A stretch of 64,000 bases of DNA, from NCBI GenBank assembly GCA_002633005.1, contig NMRA01000051.1:871273-935272 (forward strand), written 5' to 3'. Positions within the stretch are counted from its first letter, which is position 1. Every line of letters starts with the position of its first letter. The notes beneath the pieces are model-generated. The model saw only the letters and a list, made by a program, of their open reading frames with translations. It did no database searches and was not told the DNA's origin. Origin of the DNA: Phoronis australis. Taxonomy: Eukaryota; Animalia; Phoronida. Position numbers and translations under genes: made by a program. Shown here piece by piece: positions 39,240-51,915 of the stretch.

Positions 39240-39855
39240 TAACCGCAGCTACTATAGCCAACACCATCACCACAACCATAGTCATCACAACCAATATCAT
39301 TTTCACCATTATCATCGACTAAGTCATCGTCGTCGTCATCATAGTCATCGCCGTTATCAACAAACACCATTACCCACCACCACCAATATCATCAGCGTCA
39401 TCCGATTAACATCATCACCGCCAACATTATGATCATTGTCAATATTATCATCACTACCAGCATTATCATCATCAATATTATCATCACTACCATCACCATC
39501 ATCATCATTATTATAACCACTACCGTCATCATCATCATCATCATCATTGATAATATCACCATTAGCATCGGCATACCATCATCGTCGACATTGCCACCAC
39601 TACCACCATTATAATCATTTTTATGGTCACCACTACCACCATTATAATCATTGTTATGGTCACCACTACCACCATTATAATCATTGTTATGGTCACCACT
39701 ACCACCATTATAATCATTGTTATGGCCACCACCACCACCATTATAATCATTGTTATGGTCACCACCACCACCACCACTCGTCATCGACATTTTCACTATC
39801 GTCATCATTGACATTAATACCAGCACCAAAATTACGATCGACATTGTCACCACTG
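39240..39855. repeat. ATC/ACC low-complexity tract containing a 33-bp minisatellite (~5 copies, 39595-39775)
   Basis: Unit GGTCACCACTACCACCATTATAATCATTGTTAT. Confidence 0.92.
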
Positions 39856-40185
39856 TTGGGCTAAATTTCAGATATTTTTGCCGGTGAATCTACTTATAGC
39901 TATGTTCGTGAAAATGAAATGCCTTGGTGTCAGTCTTGATATTTTTCTTAAATAGGCAAACACATTGACATTGTTGCATACTCAAAGAATTGCTTTCTTG
40001 AAAAAGCTCTGGACGTTCTTGGGTTTACAATCAGATGCCTTATCTTAGACAAGTTAGAGTATCGTGATGTTGTAATGGTCCTCATGTATGCAAATTTTTT
40101 TTTAAACGCAGAAGTTGCAAAATTCAGCAAGAGACCTATTTTGTTTACTGGCACGCTTTGTAGCACTAATTTTGTACGTAATCAA

Positions 40186-40226
40186 CTACTACCACTACCA
40201 CTACTACTACTACTAGTACTATTAAC

Positions 40227-40267
<41 letters not shown>

Positions 40268-40420
40268 ATACTACTACTACTACTGCTACTACTACTACTA
40301 CTAATACTACTACTACTGCTACTACTACTTCTACTATCACTGATACCACCACCATTACCACCACCATCATCATAATCGTCGACATTATCACAACCACCAC
40401 CATCATCATCATCATCACAA
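40186..40420. repeat. (ACT)n / (ATC)n microsatellite
   Basis: Long ACT run grading into ACC/ATC. Confidence 0.95.
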
Positions 40421-41049
40421 ATAGCCACCCGCCCCACAACAAATTGCAACAAAAGGTTTTAGAGTGGTTTTATGCTCTACTGGGTATACTTATGAACAGA
40501 AAAAAGTCTACCAAAATCTGATCATCGGAAATGGGTTAAAACTAGGTCATTTCCAAGATGGCCGCCATGACGTTTCGAAATCACTAAAAATAGATATAAC
40601 TTCTGCAATAATTGTCATAGACACAAGTTTTGGTTCTAGTCTATGGTTTTAAGGGGTGAGCAACTCACTGGTGTGGTTAAGTTTACAATATGATCAGTAT
40701 TTGATATGAAATTTAAGATGGTGGCTAAAGTTCAAGAACGAAAATTCACTGATTTGTCCATTATTTGATATCTTATCCCCTGTAACGAAAGTATGATTAG
40801 ATGGGACTGGATTCTGATTGAATGAGTTTAAAAATTTAGATTTGACTGAATTATTTTAAAATATGAATATTTAATCCAAAGCATTGGCTTGCATAAAAAT
40901 CACAAAAAAATTCTCTATTGTATATTTGTGTGCAGCTTGTTTTTATTTAAAAAATCCACATAAGGAAACTAGAAACCCAGGACAAAATGTCAACATCTGT
41001 CTGAAGTGCCCCACACTCAGCCGCAATTGGGTAGATCATCGACAATCTT

Positions 41050-43396
41050 GAGAAGAAGTCTGAACTTAGTATACAATCCAAAAAGAGTCAGTTGTGGCTG
41101 GTTTGGAGGTGCTCCATACTGCTCGGGCAATGATCAAGGCAGATGGCACTCGGTCTTGGAATGATCGCTTGCAAGCTGTTGGTAGATGCCTTGCCAATAT
41201 TTGCTGCGGCTGCACACCACAACTGTCTGAAATGCTCTTACCTTTGCATACAAGAAATGGATGATATGAAGNAGTCTGAACTTAGTAAACAATCCAAAAA
41301 GAGTCAGTTGTGGCTGGTTTGGAGGTGCTCCATACTGCTCGGGCAATGATCAAGGCAGATGGCACTCGGTCTTGGAATGATCGCTTGCAAGCTGTTGGTA
41401 GATGCCTTGCCAATATTTGCTGCGGCTGCACACCACAACTGTCTGAAATGCTCTTACCTTTGCATACAAGAAATGGATGATATGAAGAGCAAACATGTAG
41501 ATGTGTATGCGAAGTTTTAAGAAATGGCTTTCATGAGATTCGGCGAACAAACCAGATTTGGGCAGGCCTCAGCTGTGATCTAGCCATTGAACAAGTTACT
41601 AAATACGATCGATAAAAAGCACAGACGGCTCGACTCATAGCAGTAAAATGACAGAGGAGCAGCGAGCATTGTGGACAATGTCGTCCCATAACGTCAGAGC
41701 TGAACATCACCTTGCAGGACTTCAATTACCTCACGTACACAACAAGCGAACAACACAAAGAAGCAACTGGTGCCAGAATTGAAAGAGGTGCATGCGACTT
41801 GGCAGAGATAAGCACAAAGCTGGCTGCATTTTCACCCTTCTCCTCAGACCCTGCGCTACGCAATGCCATCAACGGTGTTGTCGCCAATGCAGAAGTCAAC
41901 GTTCGCGGATCTGGATCTGTTGGGAACAAAATCATTGAGAGAATGGTTCGACAACCTGTGTTTTCTTTCGCTTTTAAGAGGAGAGAGAAATATAAGACCC
42001 TGGAAAACACAGCTGCTGTCCAGGTTGGTCTTGACAGAACCATCGGTCTTAGCTTACTCTTCCAGCGATTCTTGGTGGTGTCCCGGTCAGATGACTTGTC
42101 TCTTGAGGAAGTGGTGAGTTTCGAGCTCAGTCCATACCCACTGTCCCTCTTTGAGGACAACCTGATCTTGAGGAAGGCTGACCCACCTCAACTGGCTCAA
42201 GCAGTTTATGACCGTTGTTCCAAGGCCCATGCACGTGAATGAGCACCAAACTTCACACCTTCAGTACGTCTCCTCACTGAAAGGTATGTGCTTGATGGGG
42301 CTTCTTTGCTGCACAAGCTCAAATGGAAGAAGGGAGATACGTATGGACAAATTGCCGGAGCCTATGCTGACTTCACGGCAAAGCACTATGAAGCAACCAC
42401 TGTTGTCTTTGATGGCTATGGTGCAGGTCCTTCGATAAAGGATAACACTCAGCAGAGACGGAGACAGACCAGCAGCTATCCGACTCTGAACTTCGTCAGA
42501 GAAACGGAATTTGATGGTTAAGAGAGATGAATTCCTATCCACCGCGGCAGTAGCAAGCAACAACTGGTCGCCTTAATAAGCGACCAGCTTCAGAAAGTGG
42601 GATGCACAGCCGTTCAGGCAGAAGGGGACGCTAGTGTGGATATTGCAAAGACAGCAGTTAACAATATAATATGCATGCCACCACAGTAATCGTCGAGGAC
42701 ACTGACCTGTTGATGTTTATGCTCCATTACTCTAAGGCTGACGGGAAACCACTTTTTCAGATCTGGCAACCAGTCAAGACCCAATCTTAAAGTATACGAC
42801 ATAAATTGGATGAAGTATGTACCCAGCTAATATTCCTGCACTCGTGTGTATGTCGTTGGAAAGAAAGATGACCAAGTCCTCCAGTAGTGCACAGGCGCAT
42901 TCACCGCGAAAGGTGTAAGCCCCGCTGAGTTAGAGAAATTTGGTAGCCAGGCGATGATCGCAATGTTTGGTGGAGAGAGCACGTGTTCTTTGGTTGCCAT
43001 GCATTACAATATATTCACGAAGAAGCTTGCTGCTGCTAAGTCTTTCGAAATCCCGAATGTCTTCCACCAACGGAGTTAGCCACCAGGTTTCATTGTCTCG
43101 AGTGTACTACCTGGTCATGGTGTGGATGGGGATGGCAAATGATCTGGATCTTTTACCCTGGGGCTGGAAAATTGAAGGCAATCACTTTGTATCTATCATA
43201 ACTGCCACGAATGTTGCACCAGACACTCCTGAAGATGATACACTGCAACTGTACCACTGCTTGTAGTACGCCCCGCTGCATTTGTAGGAAGAATAGGCTT
43301 GCATGTACATCTACATGTGGATTGTGCCTAGCAACACATTCTGACAACCCGCTAAATCAAGTTTCTGGGGAGCTTGAAGACAGTGACGAGGATTGA
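41050..43396 (+). pseudogene. Academ transposase C-terminal part + XPG/FEN1-like nuclease + Cys-rich CXC finger, disrupted
   Basis: Motifs in order: SQLWL, LPIFAAAAHHN, WAGLSCDLAIEQ, FELSPYPLSLF, LDGASLLHKLKW, VVFDGY, SIKD, QAEGDASV, EDTDL, WGWK, LLKMIHCNCTTACSTPRCICRKNRLACTSTCGLC; multiple stops and frameshifts; N-terminal part missing. Confidence 0.82.
41057..41487. other. 215-bp direct duplication separated by a single N (probable unmerged contig overlap)
   Basis: 41057-41271 matches 41273-41487 with one mismatch; N at 41272. Confidence 0.85.
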
Positions 43397-44344
43397 ACTG
43401 AGGCAGTACGTGTAATGAACATAACACTATTGGATGAAAATGCAACCTAATTGTTCATGCGTCATGTTGACGAATTAATACTTTGCTGGCACCTGGTGTT
43501 CAGTCATTTTGATACTGACAAATGCTTTTTAAGTAAAGAAGAAGCTTTGCAGGTTTAAGTTATTGAGCATAATAAAACCTATACCTTGGTACACATTCTC
43601 TGTCAATGCATTCCAAACGCTGTAGTTCATTTGATTGCAATCAGGACTTTGTTGTTATTAACCCCAAGTAACTCATTCTCTGCGCATGAAAACACCATCT
43701 TTACTTCGCCAAATGTAGCACCCAAGTGACAAAACATACTTCTTAGTAAATTGATTGCCAAGTGTCACCATCCTTGATGATACTACTTTGCATAATTATG
43801 TAAGCTAATTTGGCACTGAGTTTTTTGAATTACAAAAGTACCTTTCCTGTCCTGGAGCAAAAACACAGTGTATCATTATATTTTTGTGGTGTGCTGACAA
43901 TAGATTGATATGCACATGTGAAAAATTCCGTGCAATTTAAATGAATGTTTTTAGAAAATTAAAGGTTACAGTTCGAAACGATTTTTTACCACCCGATATG
44001 ATGTACAAATAGGGATTTTTCGCTATTGAATTTTAACCGCCATTTTGAATTTCATATCTAATACTGATCCTATCTTAGTTTTATCCACACCAGTGAGTAG
44101 CTCACCCCTTAAAACCATAGACTAGAACAAAAAATATGTCTCTATCACTATTATTGAAGAAGTTATGTCTATTTTTAGTAATTTCGAAACGTCGTGGCGG
44201 CCATCTTGGAAATGACCCAGCTTTAACCCACTTCCGGTGATCAGATTTTTGTAGACTTTTTCATGTTAATAAGTATACCCAGTAGAGCATAAAGCCACTG
44301 TAAAACCTTTTGTTGCAATTTGTAGTGGGTCAGGTGGTGAATTG

Positions 44345-44570
44345 ACTCGTTATATCTTCATCATAATCATCGACATTTTCATTAGCACCACTACAACCAC
44401 TATCATTTGACATTATCTCCACCAATACCAGCATCATCATCATTCTCCCTATCGCTTTCAACACTGTCGCCTTTGGAACTACCGCCTTAAGCACTATCGC
44501 CATGCGCACTGTCACCATCAGCACTATCATCTCGAAAACTGTCGCCAAAGTCACAGCTACCATCAACTGT
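44345..44570. repeat. Degenerate ATC/ACC low-complexity tract
   Basis: Same composition as the tract left of the Academ element. Confidence 0.7.
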
Positions 44571-46236
44571 ATTTGGTCATTGTTACTGTAACCCTGCTAT
44601 CAAAATTATCGTTAACTGCTAAGTCGTTCAATGTGTTTATTTCAAAGAAGATTGATGTGAAATTCATCGAGGCTAAGTATGGTTCATTTGGTGCTCCAGT
44701 CTTGCGCGACGTGACGCCGGTCGCCATGTCTGCGCACGTTCAACAGCCAATCAGAATCCGTGTCTGAGGAGTTAAGGTTTTTTATTCCCGACACGATAAC
44801 CTCAAAGGGTGCAAAATAAACAATACACAAGTTCGCTTCATACATATTTCGGCTGTTGACAACTCATGTTTATGGACCTTTGGCATCAGGAGTAATATCT
44901 CTGAAATAAGTCGGTTCCCTCCGCATAAAATCGATGACACTATAATATTTTGATGTTGCGTGATGCGGCACATTTAGTAATTGACCTTGAATTGCGATGT
45001 CTCGCTGAGACGTTCCTGACGACTCGATGCTAGAAAGCTATAACTAGGAGCCTGAAGTAATGGAAAATCTGACGAAACGTTATTTCCAGGCGAGACATAA
45101 ATGAATTTTCCGGCAAATTATGGAAAGACGTATGTCAGTGTTTCGGTTAATTCTAGCCAATATCTTCACGGAAGTTATGCAAAGAGGTAAGGCGCTTCGT
45201 GTGTTCTGGCACGCAAGGAATTCAGTGTACAGAGGTTTGAGACGCAAGCTTCAATGTGATGTTTCTTATTGTTTAGTCCCTTAAACAAAATGAAATAATC
45301 GTAGTTGTAATTGTCAAATACGGTCAATGTGACGGCATAGGCTACTCTATAAGGATTTGCTTACTTGTCTACCACATCACTCTATAAAGAACATCCTCAT
45401 ATTCTTCAAATGTTGTTGTTGTTAAATATTGATTTTCCCGACGTTTTCATTGGTGTTGAATTTAAACACTCTTTGGTTGTATGCTTTGTAAAACTCCTTA
45501 CAGTTGTGTCTCAGGCGGGAAATTCTGTGATGGTCGTTAATAAAGGTGTGGTCGTGAATCATTGCCTTGACTAGAGCTTCATGAGTCTCGTGAAGCTTTG
45601 GTCAATGCGGGCTCGCAATTTTTGCAATCGTTTTTCGATAACTTAACATACCGTGTTGTTTAAGCTATGTACGACTGTCGTATCCCCCCCCCNACAAAAA
45701 CAAAATTGTTGCAGCTACTGGTACTACTAACTACAATGATAATTAAGTTGGTAATAATTTTGAAATTGCTCCTGATTCAAAGCGCGTCACGTAATCATCG
45801 AGCCGTACCGGCCAACTTCGCCCGAATGCTGTTTTCTTAGGTGACAGGACCGTGCAGACGATTAGAGGGGGCTTTGTGTTATTCATCGGCATTGAACGCG
45901 CGTGGTGGCTACACCATACAGTAACAAGGGAGTCTATAAGTAAATGCCTATACCTGGTTAATCTACATAGCAGCGAGAGCGCTCCCAAAAAGTAGACGTG
46001 CAGTGTGAGTTCACTGTAGGCAGTCTTCCGTAGTTCCTCAAAAATCAGACACCTTAACTACCGTGTCTTGCACTGAGAAAATCCCGACGAGCATGTTCAC
46101 ATTATTAGGTTAAAGTAGGTCTAGACCAAATAAAACCTTTGGTCAATGAAAAAAGTCTTCTTTTGTCAATCTGTGTCAATGGTGCACAGCCTCGCAGACT
46201 TGATACGAGCAACAAACTTGATGGAAAGATTTTCAA

Positions 46237-47186
46237 GGTTGCACGTCACTATTCCGAAGGTTCACCACTCCGAAGGTCCACTACTCCGAATGTTCTCTAC
46301 CATCGAAAGTTCACTACTTGGAATGACTACAGTTTCGAAACCAGAACTCCAACAGTTAATTGCTCTCATTGTTTTCTAATGAGTCGGAACTGGCATGAAT
46401 ATAATAATGTATTTGTGTTCATTTAGTAATCATTTAAGTTAGGAGTTGTGTTGTTATTTCAACGACAATACGTTTTAGCCTAAAGGACTGCTTGAGCGGC
46501 CACACGGTAAAAATCTTGACTGCATAAACCAACTGCCATTTATGATTTGGATTGTCTAGACTAGCGTGTAAGTAAAAAAATGTCCCGTTGTATCAAACAT
46601 CCTACTTCCATTTATTTGAACATGAGCATCCAAGTAATGGCCTGTATTCAAACATTTGTAGGAAGGACATTCTTTACAGAACAGTAATCTTCAGAGTTTA
46701 GTGATATAGAGAGATGTTATGGTGAGAGCTTGTAATATGTAAAAATGCTGGAGGATGTAATTATTAAATCCAGTGACATTGGTCTTTTTCAGATGTATAT
46801 AACTGGCATTTCTAGAAACTGTACATGTGATGTCTATCAAATAATTATCTGATGATTATTTTGTCGGTATCTGAAGCTTCTCCCCCTTGGGCTTAATGGA
46901 AAAAGGTGCTTCTGTAAATTTCAACCCTTTTCGCATGCGCACGAAATCTAAACAAAGTGCGTTAGTATCCTAGCGTTGTTTTCGGTATAGATACACCACT
47001 CAGTGCATCTAGTAACCGAATCATCCTTTATTTTTGCATGTACAAGTAAAAAAAATTAAATCTGAGTCGGAAATTTTAGATGTTTTTAGAGTGGTTAACC
47101 TTCGGAGTAGTGAACCTTCAAAGCAGTGCATCTTCGGAATAGTGAACCTTCGGAGGAGTGAAACTTCGGACTGGTGGGCTGTTCCC
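46237..47186. mobile_element. Foldback element with 16-bp subterminal tandem repeats (MULE-like)
   Basis: About 5x CCGAAGGTTCACTACT at 46250-46325, mirrored (AGTAGTGAACCTTCGG) at 47090-47170; GG...CC ends; flanks attttcaa / atttccag. Confidence 0.7.
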
Positions 47187-48843
47187 ATTTCCAGTGATGT
47201 AAGCAACTTAAGTAACACGTAAAAATACAACCAGACACACAATTTCGTCAAGTCATTCTCCGACTAAATATTTCCGTCCGAGTATCTAATGATAAATCAC
47301 TGAAAGTTTGGCAGGAGGTAACGCGAGAACGTTATCTTTTTGGACCACTTTACATCTGAATTTGAGTCCCGTTCTTTACGAGCAACCATCACGGTATCCT
47401 CATTTCTGGTATTACGAATTCCGTCTCATCTCAAGGAACATAGAGCTGAGAGTCATCTTTGTGTATTCAGATTTCCCTTGCCCCTAATTAAGCTGCGTCG
47501 AGGGCTTAACAGAAAACTCTCCAGTGTCGACGTTTACAAAGTCCACCCCTCTGAAAATTTGAACCACACCCCACGCAGTCCTGGCTACGGGCCTGAAGAA
47601 CATGAGAGTAAGTAGATCATGACTAACTGAGCGTCTTCAACGGACTTTGAGTCCAGCAAATGTGGACAAAATACCACACCGTAAATGTCGGGGGATACAT
47701 GTAGGAGAAGGAACTCGTTTGGGGATTTGAGACCAACCATTTGTGTTTTTGTGCAAAATTTTGGCCCCTCCTTGGCCGTCATCACCAAAGTGCGACTCAA
47801 TTACACATGATTTTCTGGTCATTTTGACCTTAACACAATTGCACACTCTTGTAGCTTTTGGCTAAATGGCCTTTTTGACTCTACGTCTCCACATTCCCAA
47901 TGGACAGGCTTGAATGCCGAACCTATACTTGAGTTTCGCAGTTTTTCGCACCACGTAGGCTTGCGTGGTTTGTATACTTCTTTAGTGCACTAAGTAAAGA
48001 ACGTAAAATTTCAGATATGACCTTTACACGCTCATACTCTACCGCCATAAGCTGAAAGTGCAAAATTAATACCACGTTAATGATAAATCAATACAATTGA
48101 GTAATTAAATATTCCAATCCATTGCCGGGGTGGCTTGCATGCAACCTGTAGCTAATTATTCTTCGACGTTAAAATACAAAGATGCATGTACATCTGCCAT
48201 ATTCTGTCGACTTTGTCTAAAACCCGGAAACGCAGCAACTGTGCTCCTCGTTTTGCTTGCCCACACATATCGTAAAGTAAATCGCAATTCCCACGGTCAC
48301 TCTCAAAATTTCACTAAGTCTGGAACAAAAATAATTCGCCAATTTTGATATTTTTTTATTTGTAGAAGGTTTTTAACGTTTACGGGAGTGTCCACGATTT
48401 ATCAAAACGTTGTATGGTCGTAGTTATAGTATAGTATTTAGTAGTAATAAAGCAATTATTTCGTGTTACTCATCTTTTTATAAAAAGACGAATAAACGAG
48501 ATTTCACGTGTCCACCATAGTTTGTCCCAAACTGGTCATTTTCCGGTTTCAAGGAATGTACCGAGTATGACTTAAGTCAAATGGTTCAGCGGCATCCGGA
48601 ACACCTCGGGTATTTTCGTAGCCTCAAATTTTCCGCCAGTTATGAACTGAATTCTAACTATAATGGTTAAAGTCGATCTTGTAAAACCTATTGATGACCT
48701 GGCGTTGATGTTGGACGTTCATGGTCCACTTTGTTGTTACTCTGTTAAGGGTCGTGTTGGAAATCAAAGCTCAATTGCCATGAAACAATAGGCTACACGT
48801 GGCCAGTGGACAGCTTATGTATTTTGGTGCAGACGGATGTAGT

Positions 48844-49088
48844 CGGTGGTGTACAGCTCAAGGGAGGACGGCGGAGGGTGATCCGCCCCAGATGGAGTCC
48901 CGAGTATGGCGCGGCACCGCTACCGGAGAGTAGAAAAAATTGGTGGCAACGGAGGAAGCGAAATCAGTGGTGAGCTTGCGTGCGCAGGGGTGGAGCCGGT
49001 AGCGGCCCGACATCGGTATCGACACGGGGAGAGCGGGAGGCAACGTTTAATTCAGTCCTAGGTGGCAATGGCCCTAGTTACGCCACTG
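48844..49088. mobile_element. GC-rich hAT-like MITE
   Basis: Right end CTAGTTACGCCACTG, left end CGGTGGTGTA; GC-rich core. Confidence 0.45.
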
Positions 49089-49386
49089 GTTGCGGTTTAT
49101 ACGGAATTTAGTGAGTGGACCTTTAAAGACAACTAATTGTAAATACAAACTTACGTAGATACCTAATCCAAGAAAGCGATAAACGGTTTTGTTTCGTTGC
49201 CATTTTCAAAGACATTGTTTGATAAGTTCATACATTGCATCGGCTGCAGAACGCGAGTACATTTCACGTAACAATCTATGAACAACAAACGTCACGCTCT
49301 GAGTTGTAAATCAAACTGTGCTACGTAAATTAGCAACTTTTGGTAATGTCTTTTCCAATTGATCGAGTTTAATTTGTTCTCCAGAG

Positions 49387-49573
49387 CTCATAAATCAACA
49401 CTATTGCTGATTTATAATTCCCATTACAATCGTACTCACCCTGAAGTACATAACACCTATTGTCTTCCATAAAGATTTTCTCATAAATCAACACTATTTC
49501 TGATTTATAATTCCCATTACATTCGTACTCACCTTGAAGTACATAACACCTATTGTCTTCCATAAAGATTTTC
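49387..49573. repeat. 93-bp tandem duplication
   Basis: 49388-49480 matches 49481-49573 with few mismatches. Confidence 0.95.
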
Positions 49574-49628
49574 TCCTGTTCCAATCCATTTACCAGCTTA
49601 CAGTTATCAAAGAACCAATTAATCTTGT
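49533..49628 (-). CDS. Candidate internal coding exon, unknown protein
   Basis: Acceptor attacAG|, donor CAAG|GTGAGT; 96 bp, phase 1-1, open: (D)KINWFFDNCKLVNGLEQEKIFMEDNRCYVLQ. Confidence 0.5.
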
Positions 49629-49774
49629 CTGTAATTGATACATAATAGATCTCACAAAGATTAGTGTAAACCAATCAAGTCAATTAGTTCTTATAATTTG
49701 TTATTGTTTGCTAACATGTAGTATATTTTCATTAAAAATCTGTAAACATTATCACTACAAAGAATATAATAATT

Positions 49775-50230
49775 GTGGTGTGAATGACAGTGGTGATGAT
49801 AGTCTTGGTGGTGACTGTGACGGTGATAGTGGTAATTCTAATGATGACGGTGGTGGTTTTAGTGGTGGTTGTGAACATGGTGGTGGGTGTTGTGTTTTGT
49901 GATTGTGAATTCTCAAGGTTAGATGGGGTTGTAAGGGTGACGGTGGAGGTCTTGTTTGTGTGTCGTGGGTTGTGACTGTGGTGGTTGTGAAGATGGTGAG
50001 GGGTTGTATGGTGATGGTGGTGCTAGTAATGCTGGTGGTGGTAGCGGTGATGGTGATTTTGCTGCAGCTTGCGATTGTGTTAGCGACGTTGCGATGGTGG
50101 CGGTAGTGGTTGTGGTGGTTGTGGTTATAGTCTTGACGGTGGCGTTGGTAAGACGATGGTGAAGGCGGTGGTGGTTGCGGGGTTGACGGTGGTTGCAGTA
50201 GTGGTAGTGCTGGTGGTTTGATTGGTTATG
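49775..50230. repeat. GGT/GAT low-complexity tract
   Basis: Degenerate trinucleotide repeats. Confidence 0.85.
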
Positions 50231-51517
50231 ATCTCAAAAAGAGTTGCTTATGAGTATTGGATGCGAATCAGACCTAGTAACTACTGTGCTATCGATACAC
50301 CTTTCTACTGGTATTCACAGAAAACAATAAATAACAGATCCATTATGAATTAAAATGTGTCAGAAAGCATTGTCTATATCGTTTAGCCTTTACATGATAG
50401 ATTGGTGACATTTCCTCTGCCCGTTAATAGCTGAAGGTTACTTAGCCTCTGAGACTGTAACTAACAAATTACTCAGGCGCCCTTTTCAAGTCGTTTTTCT
50501 ATGTTCTATGAATTAGCAACTCAATTTAGAAATAATTTCAAATTGCTTTCTCAGTTCACGAATGTCAAGGCGGAATAACGTTTGGAATTATAAACTGTAA
50601 ACATCTTTCGGGAATTCATTTCCAGTACTACGACATTCTCTTATCAATCTTTCAAAACCATTTTAGGACTGTTTCAAAATTACTTTCCAAGGGAAATGCA
50701 ATCGCTTTTGTTTTCGTTTATATTACACCAGCTCGAGTGCCGCTGTCGCATTCGTTATCGTTATTGTTCTCATCGTCGTCGGTGTCGTCGTCGTTGTCGT
50801 CTCGGATGTCTTCGTCAGATTAAACGCCATTGTTTTATTTACTTCTATTACTATGCTCAGTGCTAATGACTGATGTCATTTTAATTCTACATCGGCTGAT
50901 GGTAAAATTGTTGACTTCAAACTCACTGGCTTGCGGCATTGTTTTCACAAGGGAGTTTTCCCTATTTTTCCATTGTTCGAAAAAATGGCGCTTGACGTCA
51001 TTACTAGTGCTTTGCCATCACGTTTGTTGATTTTCTGTCTAAACCATACCTGACATACTATTCTTGCGCTCCCAAGACTGTGGAAATTCTTTAGTAAAAC
51101 TCCTTTTCAGAATTTGTATTCTCAAAGTGTTGGCTCTTTGCCACAGACAATAACTGTGTGTCTTATTACTGAGATTTATGGAGTGAACACTCAAACTAAT
51201 TAGTTACTATGGATCGTTTTTCACTTAAATTTCCAGTCAAGTCACGGACCACGTTTTGTCCAAGTCAAATCAGATTACTGAAATAATCGTTACACCGTGA
51301 CAAAATCATTCAGTAAAGATGCTGCCCTGTGAATGCAGGAGCGAAATTCATGAAAGTTTATGAAGTCTTGAAAAGACAGAAATTTGGTCTTAGGTTCTAC
51401 TGAACTATTTTCAAAAAATAATGAAAATGATACCATGATTGCTAACTAATTACCTAATTTGTAAAACTTGCTGCTAAACAGTGATCTGCTAGTAATAGCA
51501 TTGAAAATGTTTATTCA

Positions 51518-51915
51518 GTAGCTAGTGCATAGTGGTAACATAACTAGTACATAACTAGTACATACTGATGTAGCTAGTGCATAGTGGTAACATAACTAGT
51601 ACATAACTAGTACATACTGATGTAGCTAGTGCATAGTGGTACATAACTAGTACATAACTAGCTCTTACTGATGTGGCTAGTACATAGTGGTATATAACTA
51701 GTACATAACTAGTTCATACTGATGTGGCTAGTGCATAGTGGTACATAACTAGTACATAACTAGTTCATACTGATGTGGCTAGTGAATAGTGGTACATAAC
51801 TAGTACATAACTAGTTCATACTGATGTGGCTAGTGCATAGTGGTACATAACTAGTACATAACTAGTACATACTGATGTGGCTAATACATAGTGGCACATA
51901 GCCAGTACATAGCTA
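51518..51915. repeat. 51-52-bp minisatellite, ~7.5 copies
   Basis: Unit CTAGTGCATAGTGGTACATAACTAGTACATAACTAGTTCATACTGATGTGG, built from an 11-bp ACATAACTAGT subunit. Confidence 0.95.

Larger units (their letters stand above)
40422..44340 (+). mobile_element. AcademX-type DNA transposon, internally deleted
   Basis: ~340-bp imperfect TIRs (40422-~40765, ~44000-44340) starting 5'-TAGCCACC; encloses an Academ/XPG/CXC pseudogene; TSD not recognisable. Confidence 0.82.

Noticed and set aside
39398-40521. His-, Gly/Asn-, Thr- and Ser-rich ORFs on both strands
   Set aside because: Open in several frames simply because trinucleotide repeats lack stop codons
41057-41487. Biological internal duplication in the transposase
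   Set aside because: Copies are nearly identical and separated by a single N, typical of an unmerged contig overlap
45420-45570. Minus-strand peptide MIHDHTFINDHHRISRLRHNCKEFYKAYNQRVFKFNTNENVGKINI as a terminal exon
   Set aside because: Looks protein-like, but has no polypyrimidine acceptor, an in-frame stop shortly upstream and no recognisable motif
51518-51915. CRISPR-like or hammerhead-bearing tandem array
   Set aside because: No spacers; CTGATGT lacks the CTGANGA...GAAA hammerhead core
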